The notes below the pieces were generated by a model, which was not told the DNA's origin, did not search any database, and worked only from the letters and a program-made list of their open reading frames with translations. From Octopus vulgaris (Eukaryota): a DNA stretch of 64,000 bases. The stretch is taken from positions 104,098,001 through 104,162,000 of the forward strand of contig OX597815.1 of the NCBI GenBank assembly GCA_951406725.2, written 5' to 3'. Positions 58,638 to 64,000 of this stretch are shown here, piece by piece. Both the position numbers and the translations under genes were made by a program. Within the stretch, counting starts at the first letter, position 1; each line of letters starts with the position of its first letter.

Positions 58638-59143
58638 GAATACAAACGAATATGTGTGTGTGTATGTTTATAATTGTAGATATATATGTGTGTCTGTCCG
58701 TACGTATGTTTCTTTGTTCATATGTGTTCTTCAATGTATGTGTTTGTATACCGGTCTCTATGTACATAAAGATAGAAAAAGAGCAATAGTGTGTATTTTA
58801 ACATTACGTAGAAATTACTTTTTATATTCTATTTATATTTATAAAATTTCTTTATTTCAAGCAACATTTTGAAATTCCACATCGATTTCGTTTTAATAGC
58901 TGCCAAATGTAAAGGGAATTATCGACTAGTAAATCTGCAAGGGAAATGTAATGCTAACATGGAACAGAATTAGGGATTTATCCACTAGGAAGGAATAGTT
59001 CATATTGGCAAACAATTGTCAATAATGTTTTGCAAACATTTCTAATTAATTAAAAAGAATCTCATCATGAATTCTATTGCAGATTCCTTCTATTTCAATA
59101 CGAAATCAGAAATAGATTAATATTTAAAAGATTGTACATATAC

Positions 59144-59200
<57 letters not shown>

Positions 59201-59349
59201 GAGAGAGAAAGGGAGAAAGGAGGGCGAGAGAAATTTACATATAATTCATGTATTCACATATATATCTATACTTACTCCCGCGTGTGCATATACAATCAGA
59301 TGCACATACACGCGTACGTACGTATGTATGTATGTATACATATACACCA

Positions 59350-60120
59350 TCAGGTAGGTGCCTCCCTGTATGCAAGGGACGGCTTGCTAAAACTCACCTC
59401 TACCATACAATCACCAATCAGCCACGACGTTCTTGATTCCAATTCATTTTTATATGCCGTTATTCCACAAATGTGTTTGATGGTTTCTAGCTCTCTTCCC
59501 TTCAACGCTTCCTGTCCAAAACATGACAGCTTTTTAAACATGACAATGGGGATATTTGAATTATTAGCTTTTCTTGTACTGCAGCATTTTTAGCTTATCC
59601 TGCCCAGTCTTCGAAAGATCTATATCTCAATCGTTTCTAGCTTTTTCTCCTGACTTGTTTCTGCCCCATATAGGACAATTGGCCTTACCATTTATTAATC
59701 TCAGTTTTAGACACAGCGTTGTCTTTTGAGCTGAAGATTTTAGTTTTATTCATTTCATGAGTAACTTCTTTCCTGCGATCTTCCAAGTTTATTTTTTATA
59801 GAAAATGCTTGACGTTTTTTACTTGCTCAAGCTTGTGACCTTTTGGTTCTATATTTACTTCCTTTCGTTCTGTATTACTAATAACCATTCTTTTTGTCAT
59901 TTTTGCATTCATATTTAGATCTTTCTTGTCACTTTGCTCTTTTGCATCAACAATATCTTTTGATTTTTCATTGCTGTCTACCATTAACGCTGTATGATCA
60001 ACATATCTTATATTGTTTAGGTTGATTCTGTCACATTTGACTCTCCCAATATTAAAATTGATATGGGGATAACACACAGCTGTATCATACACCTTTTATT
60101 ACTGCTGATTCTGATGTCCT
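59350..60120 (-). mobile_element. RTE-like LINE RT relic
   Basis: NLNNIRYVDHTALMVDS (degenerate NNLRYADD) ... LNMNAKMTKRMVIS ... LEQVKNVKHF. Confidence 0.8.
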
Positions 60121-60454
60121 TTCTAGTTGAATTTATTTAAAGAGATGACATGCTCTCTAAACAGAAAATAATGTATGTATGTATGTATGTATGTATGTAC
60201 GTATACACACACACCCACACACACACACACACACAGATATATATATATATATATATATGTGTATGTGTGTGTGTGTGTACAAGTGTTTATATGTTTGTTG
60301 TGTTTGAGTGTATGTGTGAGTTTGCTTATATACATAATGTGAGCAAGAGGAATAGAACATAATAATACATGCTCATATATATAATTTATAGTTACGTACG
60401 TGTATGTTTTATGAAAGCATATATATCCACATATGAGCATCATCAACAATCTTT

Positions 60455-61350
60455 TATTCTTCTAAGCGTTTCAGCCCAAAGGCTGTGCTGAGAGCACCAC
60501 CAATATCATCACATGGCGACCCTCACGTGATTGGCTGTTAGCTTTTGAGTTTCTTGCCGTAATGAAGGTTCATCTGGGATCTTAGACAGTAGAAGATCAA
60601 GGTGCTTCTTGAAAATATCTATCCCCCACTCCATGCATCTCTTTCAGGCTTTTTGACACGATATTAAATAGCTGTCTGCCTTTGAATCCTAAGCTATTGC
60701 ACTACCTGTTTCTAAAACTATGACATGGATGAGACCTTAGGAACAGTGCAGAAATCTACTTTCGAAGACTGGTATAATTTTCGATGCCAAACACTCTAGG
60801 ATCTTCCATATGTATATTACCGCTTATCTTTCCCATCTTCGCCCCAGGGAGTAGAGCCGTAATTATTTTAGTTTCTTCGAGTAACTCAACTGTTTCATTG
60901 ATACAATCTTCTTCATAGCTTAGCACCACTGAACTAACTCAAGTGCTAATATTAATTTGACACTCAGATGACTAGTTTTGAAAGCAGTAGGCCAGACGGC
61001 GGATAAATGTCCTCCATAGGACCAACATGGTTTCCTGGTTTCTTGTTCTGTCGAGGATTAGCAGGGTCCTTGACTACTTGTCCTACTTTGGTATAGTCGG
61101 TATAGCTTGTAAATATGGCTGTATGTGTAACTAACGGCATGTCCAAGAGAACCAACACGAACAGCAGCGGTCCCAAGGCAGTTCCCTGTGACCCTTCACT
61201 CGCAAGTACTGCCTCTTTGGTCAGGACCTCATTGACTGCCACAACCTGGGGTCAGTCTTTTAAGAACACATGTAACCACTACCCTAGTTTATTGACTGTG
61301 CCGTGTCTTCGTAGCTTGTGGTATTTCATCCCGTGATCAGCTTCTTCGTG
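60455..61350 (-). mobile_element. CR1/L2-group LINE 3' relic including its 3' tail
   Basis: GSQGTALGPLLFVLVLLDMP...SYTDYTKV (degenerate YADD), later LYSLGRRWER and NSLGFKGRQLFN; ends in ggtggtgctctcagc...gctgaaac. Confidence 0.8.
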
Positions 61351-61504
61351 ACAACTCGTTCGATGACTTTTTTTGACTTGAGGTTAAAGAGACGGGCCTA
61401 AAATATTTAGCAGCCACTTATCTGCCTTCTTTATGGATAAAATATATTATGCCATCCTTTAATTTTGCAGAAAGTCAACCACTTGCATATACATACACAT
61501 ATAT

Positions 61505-61506
61505 TT

Positions 61507-61547
<41 letters not shown>

Positions 61548-61860
61548 TTTACGTCCGCTTTCCATGCTGACATGGGTTGGAAGGTTTGACAGGAGATGGC
61601 AAAGCAGAAGACTGCACTGTACTTCACTGTACGTTTGGATGTGGTTTTTATGGCTGGTTGCCCTTTTTAACACCAACAACTCAAAAAAGTGAACTGACTG
61701 CTTTTTTATGTGGCACCAGCACAAGCAAAGTCAGTTTTGGCATGGATTTTACAGTTAGATGCCCTTCCATACGTCAAGCACTTTACAGTGTGAACTAGCT
61801 GCTTTTTACTTTTTACGTGACATGAGCACTGGCAGGGTCCCCAAGTAATTTCCAAGACAA
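61505..61860 (-). mobile_element. Retroposon 3' end with a (GAT)n tail
   Basis: (ATC)n followed by tttacgtccgctttccatgc...tttatggctggttgcccttt, a layout typical of RTE-type SINE/LINE tails; family not assigned. Confidence 0.55.
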
Positions 61861-62392
61861 ACATGTGCTTTGCTTTTTTTTAATGTAAAAATAATTTAAC
61901 ATTAAACTGAAGGTTCACTCAATAATTTCTAATGCATCCATACGTATATGTGTGTGTGTGTGTGTGTGCGTATGTGTGTGCATATATATATATATATATA
62001 TTAATTATACAGTTCTATATATATATTGCTACAAAGAATAAGCTAATAATGACTTCAAACTTTGGTGAGTCTCTAAAACTAAATAAATATGTATGTATGT
62101 CCTTCTTGCATATATGTATGTATATATGCTTGTATGTATTTATATATATATATATGTATATATGTGTGTGTGTGTGTGTGTATGTATGCATGTATGTATA
62201 TACATATATATATATATATATGTGTGTGTGTATATACATATATATGTATGTATGCATATATATATATATATATATACATTGATATTAAGAAATTAGTGGC
62301 AAGAATCAAGTACAAAACAAAATATGGAGTGTGTTCGTATAGACTGCGAAAAGTAACATATAATATGTACGTGGGTTTATATTCACACAAGA

Positions 62393-62535
<143 letters not shown>

Positions 62536-62778
62536 CTGTTTATAATTTTAACCTTTAAAGGTATTTTTTAATATGCTGGCCATTGATAAATTTTTTTTTT
62601 CGAAAAAATTTTATCCTACATTAAATATATATATATTTAAATATATATTTATATATATTTAAATATATATACATATATTTAAATATTTATATATAAATGG
62701 CGGTGCCCCAGCATGGCCACAGCTTGTGAGCTGAAATTAGATAAATAAATGAAAATAAAATAAATATACTCTACTTTG

Positions 62779-62829
<51 letters not shown>

Positions 62830-63324
62830 AAGTTGCAAGGTACCACACGAGTATATAGGGAAGAGGATTTGAAAATGCAGAAGTCATTTAGAGATGTATA
62901 TTGACTTGACTAGTTTCACATTTTTAAAAACAGATTATCAAAAGTAATATGTAAAGCTTTTTGATAATGATAAGAAAATGTTAGGAAAATATTTTTTGTT
63001 AAATAGTTTAGATGAAAGTGTTCAAAATAGGTAGTAAAATAAATTTTAATTATTTTAAGTTCATCAAAATTCATGGTTTTATAGAAGTGTATATACAGAA
63101 GGAATTATATTTAAGAATTTACACAGAATTTTAAGGGAATGGCCAATTTTCCATCCATTATCTTCTGTCTTGTATTGTATATAAAAGAAATGTTTGTTAT
63201 TTTTAGAGATAGCGTGGGGGGTTGGTTGGTGGGGGAGAGCATTGTGGAATCAAAAGGATCTTTTTGTTTCTGGGCTAGTCTGTCATGGTTCAGTAGTTTT
63301 TGGGACTGGTCTTAGAGTTCAAAA

Positions 63325-64000
63325 TGGTGTGAGTGTGTGTGTGAGCCTCTGTGCACGTTTCTATGTGTGTGTATATATATGCGCTTGTGTTTGTGTGTGG
63401 GGGTTGTTTTTGATTGCTCTTAGAGTTCAGTGTGGTGTGTGCATGGGTCTGTGTATGCGTGTGTTTTATATTTAGCAGGTTGGTGCGTGTATATATGTGC
63501 ACGTTTGTGTGTATGTGTGTGTATGATTTGTATTTGTCAGGGTGCTGTGTGTGTGCATGTGTGTGTATGTGTTTGTTCGCGTGTGTGTATGTGTGCGTCT
63601 GTGTGTGTGCGTACGTATGTTTGTGTTTGTCGTGTTGGTTGGGATGTAATGTGTGTGTATGTAAATATGTGTGTGTGTCTCTGTTTGAGTGTGTCTGTGT
63701 TGTTATAATTGTCCGAGTGGTGCGTGTGCGTGTGTGCGTGTGTGTGCAGCCGCATGTGTGTTTGAGGGTGCATATGTATGTGTGTGTGAGTTTGTTGTAT
63801 TTATCAAGGGTTTTGTGTGTGTCCATGTGTGTTACATTTATCCAGGTGGTGCGTATGTGTGTGCGTGTACGTACTGTGCATCTTTGTACTGAGTATGTGT
63901 TTGTGTGTGTGTATGTATGTAGCTGTGGTTTATGTAGTCTTCGTGTGTGTGTGTGTGTGTGCACATATGCAAGCACCACATACACACTTGCACTCACACG
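63325..64000. repeat. Long degenerate (GT)n-rich low-complexity tract
   Basis: Directly visible; explains the 235-aa His/Thr-rich ORF. Confidence 0.9.

Overview
AT-rich eukaryotic DNA, very rich in microsatellites. The repeat inventory (tRNA-derived SINEs with internal microsatellites, R4/Dong-, RTE- and CR1-like LINE relics, mariner and Helitron relics) suggests an octopus or other coleoid cephalopod; this is inference from pattern recognition. Almost all ORFs in the track are microsatellite artefacts or decayed transposons. The window looks mostly intronic: five small GT-AG exon candidates on + (8306-8431, 14871-14910, 32755-32884, 53172-53197, 58012-58045) join into one open frame of an unrecognised protein. 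The main signal is a set of unrelated short elements that sit in (TA)n/(AAT)n tracts, are mostly fold-back or tandem structures, and carry minimal type I hammerhead ribozyme (HHR) motifs. These are a G3-C8 core-swapped HHR in a 284-bp palindrome (4615-4898), a ~545-bp tandem-plus-inverted unit with canonical HHRs on both strands (22413-23722), a tRNA-headed element with an HHR in a head-to-head palindrome (33900-34491), and further half or degenerate HHRs. This resembles Penelope pseudo-LTR or retrozyme-type non-autonomous elements. All alignments and folds were done by eye.
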